Source: Sphaeroforma arctica JP610 (lineage: Eukaryota). Taken from it: a stretch of DNA of 54,358 nt. The notes under the pieces are model-generated. The model was not told the DNA's origin, made no database searches, and was given only the letters and a program-made list of their open reading frames with translations. The DNA is taken from positions 43,727 through 98,084 of the forward strand of contig NW_014040474.1 in NCBI RefSeq assembly GCF_001186125.1. Direction: 5' to 3'. Of this stretch, positions 14,160 through 32,413 are shown in pieces (position 1 is the stretch's first letter; each line of letters starts with the position of its first letter). Position numbers and translations under genes: made by a program.

Positions 14160-14231
14160 GCTCCGATAGTATACTGGTTAGTACACACCCCTGAAAAGGA
14201 TGGGAAAGAAGTTCAATTCTTTTTCGGAGCA
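14160..14231 (+). tRNA. trnF: tRNA-Phe (GAA), mitochondrial type
   Basis: GCTCCGA-TA-GTAT ACTGGTTA GTAC-A-CACCC CTGAAAA GGATG-GGAA-AGAAG TTCAATT CTTTT-TCGGAGC-A. The acceptor stem is perfect and the anticodon stem has one mismatch. Confidence 0.85.
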
Positions 14232-14929
14232 ACTCTTATAGTTATCAGAGAGTATGAATATACGACCCCGGGGATGGCATTCACATTCAGATCTCTCCCA
14301 GAGGTCGGGTCGAGATCCCGTAGCCCGACGGGGCGATTGACACTCACAATGAGAATGACACTCAAGGAGAGCGGGCGTGTAGGAGGGCTCCACCATATTG
14401 TAGATCCGAAAAGAGGGATGCTACTCCCGAAGGGATGTAAGATCCTTCGGATCTTGTTACATGTAGGGGGGCCACGACCCTCGTAGAGGAAAAGGGCACC
14501 CCCCGTAGCACAGGAGGGGGGGGGTGCTATTCGGGAGGGCGTGTAGGTATACCTGTACACATAGGAGGGCATCCGTAGGAGCAAGCTTTGCATTCCACCA
14601 GTGTAGGAGGATAACCACCCTCCATGATGCTATGCTACTTCCCCCGATCTTACTTTTACTCTTAGAAGGGATGTACGATTCCTTGGATGCCTCTCCCGGA
14701 AGGAGGGAGAAGGCTGTACGGTCCCTTGGACCTACGATCCCCCCGGGGCATAATCTAAGGTCGGGGGACCTACGATCCTCGTAGCAGGCTACCATCTACC
14801 ATCCCGTAGAAGACAGGGAAGCCTGTATAGTCCCTTGGACCTACGATTCGAAGGATGTACGGTCGGGGGACCTACGATGGTGGAGGGGACACCCTCCTAC
14901 ATCTTCGATACCCGCGGAGCGGGGATCAT

Positions 14930-15003
14930 GGGCATATAACTCAGCTGGATAGAGCACGGTACTTCTAATACCATGGCCGGGAGTTCAAATCTCTCAATGC
15001 CCT
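14930..15003 (+). tRNA. trnR: tRNA-Arg (UCU), mitochondrial/bacterial type, possibly decaying
   Basis: GGGCATA-TA-ACTC AGCTGGATA GAGC-A-CGGTA CTTCTAA TACCA-TGGCC-GGGAG TTCAAAT CTCTC-AATGCCC-T, with three stem mismatches. Confidence 0.85.
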
Positions 15004-18000
15004 AAATCATCCTCGTAAGGGAAGAGGCGTTCCTACGGGATGTAGTACAGGATATCTTAGATCAGAAGCTTACCTGCCTATCTTTAACGATTGCCTCAAG
15101 GATCATCCCTTTAGGGATGGCCCTCCCCCTAATTTATCAAGAAGTAACTTACCTCTTTCATAGAACACATTACCTTTGCATCCCTTTATTTACTCTACTT
15201 AAGATCCATTGCCACTGGCACCTATAACTTATCTTTATCTTTATCCTCAGACTCCACTAGATTACGGGGGTTTCAGATAGACACCACGTTGAATCCCAAA
15301 GGGTATTCCATTGTAGATGGTGGAGGGTCTCCCCTGGTGACCCTTATAATCTAATCTAATCTAATATAATATAATCTAGCCTACATCTTCGATGGTACGA
15401 GGGTGGTGGGGACAGGAACAGGTACACCCTCGTACTGTCCCCTACGGGGATCGAGGGGGTACCGGAGGAGGGGTGTACACATAGGAGGGCTCTAATATAG
15501 CCCCCCACCATGTACGGTCCCTAAAGTAAAAGAGGGACCTACCATATAGCTACAGATAAAATTACTTTGCAACCACTTACCTTCAAGAGAGTTGAGAGTG
15601 GGTGGTGAATGTAATATTATTGTATCCTAGTCCAATCGGGTTAGTAGATCCGGTGAAAATAAAAGGACAGACGTGCAGACAGTCTTGGAGGGGTGTACCT
15701 AACCCATACGTAATATAACAGTAGCGGAAGTCACCCTAGTTGGTTACTAGAAAGAAGATCTCTCTCGCAGGAGTGATGTCCCTACCGGCGACCACCTGTC
15801 CGTACAGTAGTTCATATAATAGAAAAATCCAGTTAGTATCTTCGATCTAGTGCTCTAGTGAGGAGGATAGAAATATAATCGAATCAAAAACTGAATGAGG
15901 ACTATAACATCGCCATCAGATTAGACAGACTTAACTCTCTAGTATATATTAGAACTCTGGTGTCCTCGCCACTATCGAGGACCTTATGTCCATCACTCTG
16001 GGGGACCACATCTACTCGGTGGCTGGAGTTACCTCTTACAGACCTAACTGTAACTGGTCTATGAGAGATGTGTACACCCTATCTTTTTTATAACTTCTAC
16101 ACCTCACCCTAGCCCAAAAATATGCTGCCCGAGAGAATAAACACCATACCATCGTATACTAGAAGGATACTAAAGTGTCCTATGATGGTATATAAGTGGG
16201 ATAGTAAATTAGACAAGTAAGAATGGATGGATAAGAGAGTAGACTAGGATTATGAGCTATCCTCCTTCTAGAGGGGTTAGTGTGTTAAACAAAATACTGA
16301 TATATTCCCTCTAGTTTCCTCATACTACTAATCATGACTTATACTTTCTTTTTAGTCTATCTTATCTCTATTTGTCTACCTGACTCCCTTTTAGTAGGAC
16401 TCTAATACCTAATTATCCACATTACCCCTATTTATCTAATCATCATGGTGGCCTGGTATATCGTACCTTAAGAGGCCCTCTTATGCATAGACACTCAGAT
16501 ACTTGAATCAGAGGGGCCCCTGTATCTATATCCCATGGGCTAATGAAACTCAGGTTAATGGTGGTTATCTCTATTGATGATATAGACTTCCGTAGTATCG
16601 AAGATAGTCGCACAGACTCAAAAGGGATGCATAAAGTCAATATCCCTCTATCGGAGAGGCAGGCATCCGTAGGGATGGGGATGGACATCCCGAGGGATGG
16701 TAGAGGCAGGGAACCCGCCTTCAAGAAGGATAGATCTCATCTGATGTTACAGCCCTGCTTTAGGATCCCGCGTTCTTTAGCGGGAAGACGTGTAATACAC
16801 GATCTCTCCGAGAGCAAGCACTCTACCATCATCTTTTACATCCTTGCGGATCTCTTCTGGATTTGTCGGAGGCAGGGATGTACGGTCCCCAAGAGAGGGA
16901 CTGACCATCGAACCTACATCCTATTGATAATTACCGTCTCATCTTTTACACTCCTAGGTCTACGGGAGTCCTCTCTTCCCTTCGTGTCGGGGGTCGCCCA
17001 ATTAAAAGGTTTAAATGTACTCGAGAGATACCTTCTAGGTTTCCGCGAGCTCGCAGGTGACCTGCGGGCAAATCCACCAATACTTAGTTCCTAGGGTCTT
17101 GACAGTGTCATTACATGCTATCATTCCCCTAGCGCATGGTCCCGGGTCATAACATCACTATGTAGCTCGATCCTGGGTTTTATGATATATGCTCCATCCT
17201 CCATGATACATGTGGTGATAATAAACTTTTAATAGTTCAATCAGTCGATCGATTCACAACTGCCAGCGGTGTAGGTTGTATCGGACAGTAAGATATTAAA
17301 GATATAGTCATTATCTCTTGAATATAACCCATGCTGCAAGCTATCTCCATATGCAACCATACATCATCTAATATGTACACAAGACCCAATTATACATTTA
17401 TACCAAGGTACAATCAACATAGGGGTCTCAGTTCTTAAAAAAGCTATTTATACCAACCCCGTGGGAACCTTCCGACAGGAGTGTATCGTAGCTGCCCTTT
17501 AGTTTAGAGGTAGATGGGTGTAGCTAGTGTAGTAGAAGAAGAGAGGTGTATCCCCCCGGGAAGACTGTAGCATAAGAGGATGGTGGAGGGTCCCTCCCCG
17601 GGTTCCGGGGACCCGTCCTGTCCCTTCGGGGTTCCGTAGGGACCCTTATAATCTAATCTAATCCAATATATCCGACAACCCTCCTTCAGTACCCTCGGGA
17701 GAGCTGCCCGCTCTCTACGACAGTATGTAGATAGGGATAGACAGGTAGTAGCATAGGGGTAGATGCTTAAAAGGATCAGGTCTCCTCAGGTACAGCATAG
17801 AGTAGAGATATCTGGAGGGTAGTTTAAAGAATAGAATGATATATCTATAGGGAGGTGTCTTACTGGTAGTAGGGGTAATAAGTTACATGTGTATGGCAAG
17901 ATTCTTGATACAAGTACTTAGTTCTGTGTAGTAGGTTATTAGAGGGGGGTTGAAATCCACTACACATTACTCAATTCACACCCTACCTAAGATTAGGTGG

Positions 18001-19773
18001 CACTCCATTCCTCGGGTAACCGACTGTACTCTCGTATACTTATTACTTCACACACCTAACACTCATTAATACTTTTCCTGGCATACCAATAGCACATAAA
18101 CTATTACCCATTTTCTTTACACAAGTATATCCGCGTAGCGGCCGCTAGTCGTGGACGAGGCTCTCCTCCGACACGCCTGCTCTCGAGAGGGCTGAGAGAG
18201 AGCCCTCGAGTAGTCTTCTAGTCTTCCATACAACCGTCTCACTGACTCCTGTCTAATCTTCTGATTACCGAATCGTAGACCCCTGTTATTGTCGCATGCT
18301 AGCAGACGGTTCAGTCGATTGTATTATATCCATTACCCCGTAGGGGGATGGATCCCCCGGGTACCCGGGGTTATCCATATTCTAATAAATATTTCTGAGC
18401 ACTGATTGTGGTGATAATAAAATAATGATATGAGATGATCCTGTCGAAGAATAAAAGATAGTAAAGGGTAAACTCTCTCCGTGGGGATATGAAAGATAGT
18501 AAGTGGACATAGGGTTCTCTCAAGTATAAATACATATTTGTATAAATTTAACTACTATAGATACGCAGACCCGATCCGTACCACAGAGGTGGGTACTCTA
18601 CTTAGTAGGTCAGCAAGCGAATATATGAAACATTTGATAGTAACAGTGTTTTGTCAACACCGGCCCGAATCGACTCAGCACATATCTTCCATTGTCGACT
18701 CACTTGGCCCAAGCTTCAAACGGGAATTCACTGACCACTTCTTCCCATCAATCTTTCCTGAACCACTACAGCGACTATGAGAGCCATACCACATGTTCAA
18801 ACATTGTATCATACATACTTGCCATTTTTGAAATAAATAATATTATCCCTAGGTGGCTGTATAAGGTAATCACAACTCTGGGGGCTATCTATATGTTAAC
18901 CCTCTAATTCCTACATGTTACCTGATAGAAGGGTGATAGAGGTGGAGATGTAAGATTCGGTCTATCAAGGCGATATTAACGCCTTAGAGTAATTAAACGC
19001 GTAGGTAAAATCTAAGTATCGTAAAAATATCAAAGTAAATAAACGAAATGAGACTTTTAGTAAAGTTAGGTATGCTTCGTGAAAACTGCAATACTCTGAG
19101 GGATTGTGAGGCTGAGACATTGCATATATACAATCCTCTCAGTACTGTTTCCGCCGAAGGGATTTTATTTAGTGTTTCGTTGTCGCTGTATTAGAAACTA
19201 TGGGATGTTTCATTGGGGCGAATCTAAGAGACTCATAAAATCTTATCTTTAGAAAAATATAAAAGAAAAAAGAGAAAAAATACTCTTGATGTCCTTAGTT
19301 ATTGTCTTAACCAATATCTTGCCACTTATCAAGAATTACCATTAGAAATATGCAGACCGCATGGCGATGAGTGATGACTGCTAGAGAGGTAGGAAGTAGC
19401 CTAGTAGCCTAATAGGTGACTTTGTATCTGGGCAAGTCTGATGTGGACATGTGGAGTTTGTGGACTGTGGGATGTGTTATGCCACCAGCAGAGTGAGAAA
19501 AGATATATAAAAATTATAATGATCTGGCAGTTCGGAACTTCGGCTCGACTTATTTAGGCTATACAGTTTCCTTATTTAGTTAAAGGAAGCCAGGCGGCTT
19601 TTTAAATAAAAAGAGAGTAAAACGTTTTTCAAAAACCTATTTATATAAACAGAGATGATAGGCCAACTTAAAAAGAACCACAGAGAAAGTCTGAAAGAAA
19701 GTTCTATTTATTTTATTTTACAAAATACAATCTATGAAGTATGGATGTACTATTTTTTTATTATAAAAACAAA

Positions 19774-20500
19774 CTATATTAAACTATCTAGGTAATTGTT
19801 CGCACGTTCAACTATCGCATTGTCATTAACTTGTATTGTAGCAGTCATATCTGATGTTATCTTACTTGTAGCTCCACTACCAAGCACCACGTTGACTGCA
19901 TCGTTCACTAGCAGCTTGAATGCGACTTTTGCTATATTGCGTACTTTACATGAAACATCAAGCATTGATTCGAAGTCATCATCCTGAAAAATAACATCGA
20001 TCGCTTGTTTAGCGCTCTCGTTCACTCTGACTTCATTCACACACATATCGAGTACTGCTTGTTTGTATAATGTGTTTGTTTGTGTGGTCCGTGACAGTAT
20101 ATTAAACATATATTGTGTATCAGAGAGCAAGATTATATTGAGTAGGACTTCATGAGTTTATGTGTTTGATTGTGTGCAAGATAATTTAATTAACCGGGTA
20201 AAATTGATTTCGAAGATTTGAAAATAACTAATCCGTCATATGAATTACCATTATTCAATAAAAACTCACACAGATATTCCGAGCTGTGCTCGTCCCCGCT
20301 GCGCGGTAGTCTATGTTCCAAGTTATTTGAGTTTATTTTGCTTATATATAGGTGTATTTTAAATGTAATTAGCGAGATTTTAATCACTTGTGAGATGTGT
20401 TTGTTTTCTGCTGGGTTGCTTTTTATCTGCCGACTGAAAGCGCTCGACTTAAATGTTAGATATTGTAGCGCGGATACAACTCATTTGTTGCACTTATGTT
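19774..20500 (-). pseudogene. Intronless AT-rich interrupted reading frame of unknown family (possible TE or viral relic)
   Basis: Two adjacent open stretches (~20480-20190 and 20130-19774) have protein-like composition and are separated by a stop and a frameshift. I recognise no motif. Confidence 0.25.
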
Positions 20501-21157
20501 AGGTCCTTGTCGGTCTTAAGGGCTTGACATATGTTAGCAGTTAGACACATGTATATAGGCGTCCTCTGTCTTAGCTATTGCTTCGGATTCGCCCATGGTT
20601 TTACAGTTGACACTATTCGTGTCTAACATACGTCGATCTCTCCTCCGAGGCCGACAAAGAACTAATACAACAAGTGCAATAAATGGGGCTAAAATCACGC
20701 TAATTACATCTTTTAAGAAAGTAAACTCGAGAAAGTTAAGTATGAGGCTGGTAGGAAACTGGGCCTGAGGTGGTTAATAACTTTATTTTACCAGTGCCGT
20801 ATAAAGACATTCGTATTTATTACTATTTATGGTCCTTTTTGGGCTGTTTTTATTGTAAATACAACAAAACTGATAATTTGTTTTGAATTTAAAAACAAAA
20901 CATATTTTACTCTGAAATGAAACAAAAGTAAAAAATACTCTATTTCGTATTTAAAAAAACAAAAAAACAAAAAACAGCCTTTTTTGTCACCTCAGTTTTA
21001 TTACAAAAAGGACAAGATATTTATAATATTATACTTCATGTAAATATATACTTATATATAGTGCGTGCTATTGTGTATTTGTGGTTATTATGTAATACAA
21101 TATCTGATCCACAATAATCGACCAGACGTATAGAAGATACAACTATAGCACATCAGC

Positions 21158-27569
<6,412 letters not shown>

Positions 27570-29257
27570 TATTTAGGGTTATATATTTTTAAATCAGAAT
27601 ATATTTATTTGCAAACAAAATGGCGGTTTCGAAGTATGATTTCTTTTACTGTTTTGTAATAAAAGGAAATTTCATGTTCTCCAGAGATGCATACCGAACT
27701 TGGTTACATGTTTAAGTTAATTAACTAAAATATCTGCACCAACCCGCTCAACTTATGCAGTAAACATGAGCTACATGTTCGTCGAGTAGCTGCAGAAAGC
27801 CTGCGCACTGCTACAATGCTCATTGCAAGTTCAGACAGACTAGCATATAGCAAATCGCATTGCCGCCACTTCATACGTTTTCGCCTAATACAGCTACCGT
27901 GATTCCGCAGTTCAATACGGGAACCTTCCTGAATCAGATACGATAGATGCGAAGTGAAGCACAAATTCTGGCCTTAGTAAGGCAACCTTCATTGTGTATA
28001 TGGTTCTTCACCGGAATCGTAATTGAAGCAAGCTCAAACGTCACTCAAATCGTGACCTATTGCTGTCTAGCATCAGTATTGCTGCGTATGTATTACTTTG
28101 TTAATGTATGCAATACGCAATGTTTGGCACAAGTGCCCCAGACGATCGTCATACTTTTGAATAGAAACACCTATAGTAAATTGAAGGTATCGTATTACAA
28201 ACATTTACTACTTGCAATTGGAAATTATTAATCACTACCGTTGTTTGTCGTTCGCTATGACCGTTGTCCTATATCATATGGCTCCCATGGCTGAAATAGC
28301 CCGTATCACATGACTACGAATAATGCGTCATTCTACAGCTCCTCAATTGTTGATAATCCACAATCGCTACAAATGGAACAGAGTCGAAGACGATTTTAAT
28401 ACTCCATGTCATAATACTAATTTCAGGCGCACGATTGCACAAAAGGTTGTAAACACCTTGAAATAGAGGGAAAACTCTGAACAATAATTTCTCTCATTAA
28501 TTAGAGCTTGATAGTTCCCTTTTCTGACGACATGGACGAGCATATGTCATAGGCCATATACTATAAGCCACCGTGTACTTTCGTTGCGGTCGATAAATAA
28601 CCTACCGAATATACCACAGAATATCTGCATATTTAGTCGGTTTTTCACCTACAGGTCGCTTACATAATGATATGAATGTGAACAGTGAGGACATTATTTT
28701 TTAAGAGCAGGCATTTACCACATATTTTTACACATGTAAATTTTTAGATTCCCTATGCATAGCCTTCTTGATAGCCACCCTATGGCCTATGGCCTATACC
28801 CTATGGCCTATTCCCTGTGACCTGTGCTTCGCAGCCTCGAACGTCCATGTATTTTTTTTTACACTATATACTTTGCCGGGTGCCGGGTATATATATATAT
28901 TATATAAGATTTTTTTTTCATTGGATAAAGCTTTACATGAAACGGTTAATTCGAATAAAGTTTATCGTAGCGATCTCTGTGCGATTCTATTAGAGAAAGA
29001 ATCATATGACTAACGAAAACCTGCTTATATTTTTTTTGTTGTAAAAGTGATGACACTATAGATGCTTTAGAATGGAAGAAGTATAAAAAAGTGCCACAGG
29101 TCGTGAAGACGAAATATTTATTAGAAAATAGTGTGTTCAATTTTATGCGGTTTTATAGATCTAAAAAAAATACAGGTTATTTATATAGGACTGATATATT
29201 ATATTTTCCCGTAACTTAACCTGCCACAAGTGGACTTATTACTTGTAGATCATTGTC

Positions 29258-31341
29258 ATGGGATTCTCATCAATAGTCAGCCCTAGAAGGCTACCCACAC
29301 CGAGCCAGTGGTTAAATATTGCAGCTACAATAAGCATACTCATTTTATTATATCAGATATTGGGACACGATAGCAGTCTAAAAGTTAGCGAGATACAGGC
29401 GCCGAGCAAAAATCAACAAAACTGTAGCGGACACAAAGGCCTTAAAGCACCTTTACCGCAGATGAGTGAGCGTGCCAGGCAATCATATTGCCTTGCTATC
29501 CACGGGGTGACGGGTATGTACTTCTATGGGGGTTCGAGGCAATATAATTGCACATATGTGCATATAATATGCTACAATAACTTTTAGTAGTGTGCACAAG
29601 GTAGTATTGCAAATATCTGGTTGAATTCTGTCAAGAATCGACAAGTGAGCTCGAATCGGATTATGGCATATTCGTCTCATTGGTCTGAGCATATTAAGTC
29701 AAGTTGACCGCCGACTAGGAAGGTCAGATGTAGACGGTATGCACCGTCAGCTGTGTCAGTGATTTCGGTATTATATAGTATTCAATATGTTACAAAGTGT
29801 TGCTTCATCACCAGTCGAAGTTTTCAGTATTTTGCATTAATATTTAGCAACGCAGTTTTGTACTGTGCTGATAATCCAATTTCTAAATTCTACAGCAAAC
29901 GATAACGTGCAGGTGGTGGATGTCCAATCAATAAGAGGAGATAAATACCCGCCGATAAAAATGGCAATATACAAGGGTGATGATATAGTTAGTAAAACAC
30001 TACGAGAAACGGGTGTGTGGGAGCTATACCTGCTACAAAGGTTTTGGGATCGTACATTCACTCTCAATCCTGGAGGTCCCAAAGGATACTTTCTGGATAT
30101 CGGTGCGAATGTTGGATATTGGACTGCTCAGGCGCTAGGCCTTGGCTTCTCTACTATCTCGGTAGAACCACTACCCTCCAATATACAACTTTTACAACTA
30201 ACCGCTTGTCTGAATCCGGGATTTGAGGAAAAACTAACAATAATGCCATTCGGTCTAGGTATGTCTTGTATAATGACCTAGTATCCAACTCAAAATATTT
30301 CCATAGATTCTCTGTGCTTTGACGATCTCCATTGACAAGTTGGAAAGACTTTCGACTCACTCCAACTTGTAAATTATCTGGTTTTAGGTACTGAACCAGC
30401 AACTTGCCATGTAGTTTCATCTGACAACAACCTTGGCGACGGCCATACTGTCTGTTCTGAGGAGGCGTTGACGACCTTCTTAGCGGAACAGAGATTAAAA
30501 ACTCCCGAGCAATACTCGATCCGCAGCAGTATGGAGATTGTCAGGTCAGTGTGAGTAACAAAGTTTATTTTAAATGTTCTTAAATCATTTTCACCAGCGC
30601 AGAGTTGTAGTCCAGGTGTCTATGGGTTTATATATGCCGTGCGAGTTTTCTATCATTTTCGGTGTATGAATATAGTTGTTAATCAATTCATAACTTTTGT
30701 CGAATACTTGTACTTCAGACTGGACGATATCATAGACACGGAAATTACACCAGTGTTCGCACTAAAAATTGACGTAGAGGGATACGAACAGCACGTGTTC
30801 TCGGATGAAGGTTCATCCGTATTCTTCACTGGCAGCGGGAACCCTTCAGTCATTTCGGTATGATCAGTTTGTTTCCGTACTTCGTCATTCATTGAAAAAA
30901 AGCATCCGTTCCTAACATTTGCTAGTATTTGCACGCTCCGCCTTCGCACGTTCAATAAATCCATTCATTCTCATATAGTGAATTACTGGGTCTTCTTGTA
31001 CTGAAGTTGTCACAGATATACTGTTCCGTGTTTAAGTCGGTAGGTCAACGGAAACATTTCAAAGTATATAACCTAACAATTTTGCATATACACATCTATC
31101 TCCATATAGTTTGCACCTAATGTAAATTCGATACTTGGCAATTTCGTAACAGGCGGAGGTATACCACTGTGCCACAGAAAAGAACTGCGATAACGGCGAC
31201 CGCCAATACGCTGAGCAGTTGATGAAACGTGGCTACCACCAAGAGCATCCTTTGCAAGATCATAATAGATCCGAAACTTTTTCATACACCAGTGATCTAG
31301 TTTGGGGTATGGATACCTTTTTCACTAAGGATAGGAAATAA
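29258..31341 (+). CDS. FkbM-family (Methyltransf_21) SAM-dependent methyltransferase with N-terminal membrane anchor, ~367 aa
   Basis: Phase-consistent exons 29258-29513, 29896-30258, 30388-30544, 30719-30857 and 31153-31341. Motifs seen: D.VS..L...G.WE, FLDIGANVGYW, SVEP, RLDD, LKIDVEGYE and VISAE..LMKRGY. There is a hydrophobic segment WLNIAATISILILLYQIL. Confidence 0.9.
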
Positions 31342-32413
31342 ATTAGGATGAGTTTTTATTATTTTAAAGGATGAAGACGTTTTTATTATTATTACCGTAC
31401 TAATGTTTTTATTCTTGACGTCACGAGCGCACAGTTGAACAGGATCAATGTAGTATTACCAGGACATGAACTACGCGCACATATAGGATATAAACATGAG
31501 AATGGGCTGTATCTTTTAGCAGGTGATTGAGTTGTATAGTGTGGCGTGCCGAAACGAAAATGTGCATCTTGAAATTAAAATAACATAAGTGATTATATAG
31601 GGAATAGAGATACACAATTATAAAACATTAAAATGTTCATAATATCAAGCTGACCTTTTAGCTGACAATGTTTCAACTTATGAGATCATCTTTATTTAAA
31701 TTTGGCCGAGGAAAGATTATCAAGTTTTCAATGCGGATACAGTAACCGGCGGTGCCGGACTTCCTCTCCCTTTTACGGTTGTTAATGTGAAAGTAGGTTC
31801 AGCTGGCACAAGAAGTACCAGATTCGGCTCATATTTTCGTTTCCCAGTTGGCAAAGTCAACTCTTATCCTGAGGGTATTCTACTTGGCTCCGTAACTTTA
31901 CGAACTATGATTTGGTTCGGGAGATGGCACGCTGTTCCAATCAAGCAACACTAATCCCCGGCCAATAGCACCTTGTCCAGTTCGACCACGTTGCTTTTAC
32001 CGTTGAGAATGACACAGCAACAGCGAAGACAAGCAATCATTTCAATTTGCTATTGATATGCTTCAGCGACAACTACCGCAAAGTCTAAACAATACTCGAT
32101 AGGTCGGTGGCAATTCCGCGGTCAAGTGCACGCACGCAAAAGACAACCTGGCAGAAGGGCATCGGTACCTACAAAGTACGAAACACTTACTAACGGATGA
32201 ACCAAACAGGGAAGTGCCTCTCTCTACGTAAGGCTACACCCCTAGAATCGTGCGGTAGGATATGCACGTGTATGCTCAGGTCTAATTAGCAATACATGCG
32301 CTTGTCTACAAGAACGGGTGAATACGTAGGTCTATATATAATTACATGTGCTCGTCTATAAGAACGCGTATGTGCAGGTCTATACCACGTCTACAGAAAT
32401 CTGCATTCGTATC

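Larger units (their letters stand above)
12341..17722. repeat. Dispersed modular GC-rich hairpin repeat family (mitochondrial GC-cluster / double-hairpin-like)
   Basis: A ~150-bp module gggaagactgtagcataagagg..tggtggagggtccctccccgggttccggg..cctgtcccttcggggttccgtagggac.cttataat occurs at 12494-12642(+), 17558-17722(+), 13085-13207(-) and 13749-13843(-, partial). Sub-modules occur at 12341-12394, 12680-12707(-)/15316-15370, 13213-13336/15399-15450/16709-16768 and 14717-14880. Confidence 0.85.
12210..18900. other. Organelle-like island, probable nuclear mitochondrial DNA insertion (NUMT) or co-assembled mtDNA
   Basis: Composition changes abruptly after a C17 run. There are no spliceosomal-gene exons and no long (TA)n tracts. 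It has three bacterial/mitochondrial-type tRNAs without encoded CCA and dense GC-rich hairpin repeats (CCCTTCGGGG, CCCCGTAGGGG) in both orientations. Boundaries are approximate. Confidence 0.7.

Noticed and set aside
14061..17094. ORFs inside the island (14061-14486, 14213-14593, 16543-17094 and others)
   Set aside because: They run through tRNA genes and GC hairpin repeats and show no recognisable protein motifs.
17299..17309. AAGATATAGTC, identical to the group I intron S element
   Set aside because: I found no upstream R element (GACTA) to form P7 and no host exon. An Infernal/RNAweasel scan would be needed.
12206..18905. TTAACCC as piggyBac termini
   Set aside because: Both occurrences are in the same orientation, with no matching inverted terminus and no transposase.
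31700..31955. ~84-codon open frame without ATG (IWPRKDYQVFNADTVTGGAGLP...)
   Set aside because: No start, splice context or recognisable motif, so it cannot be supported.
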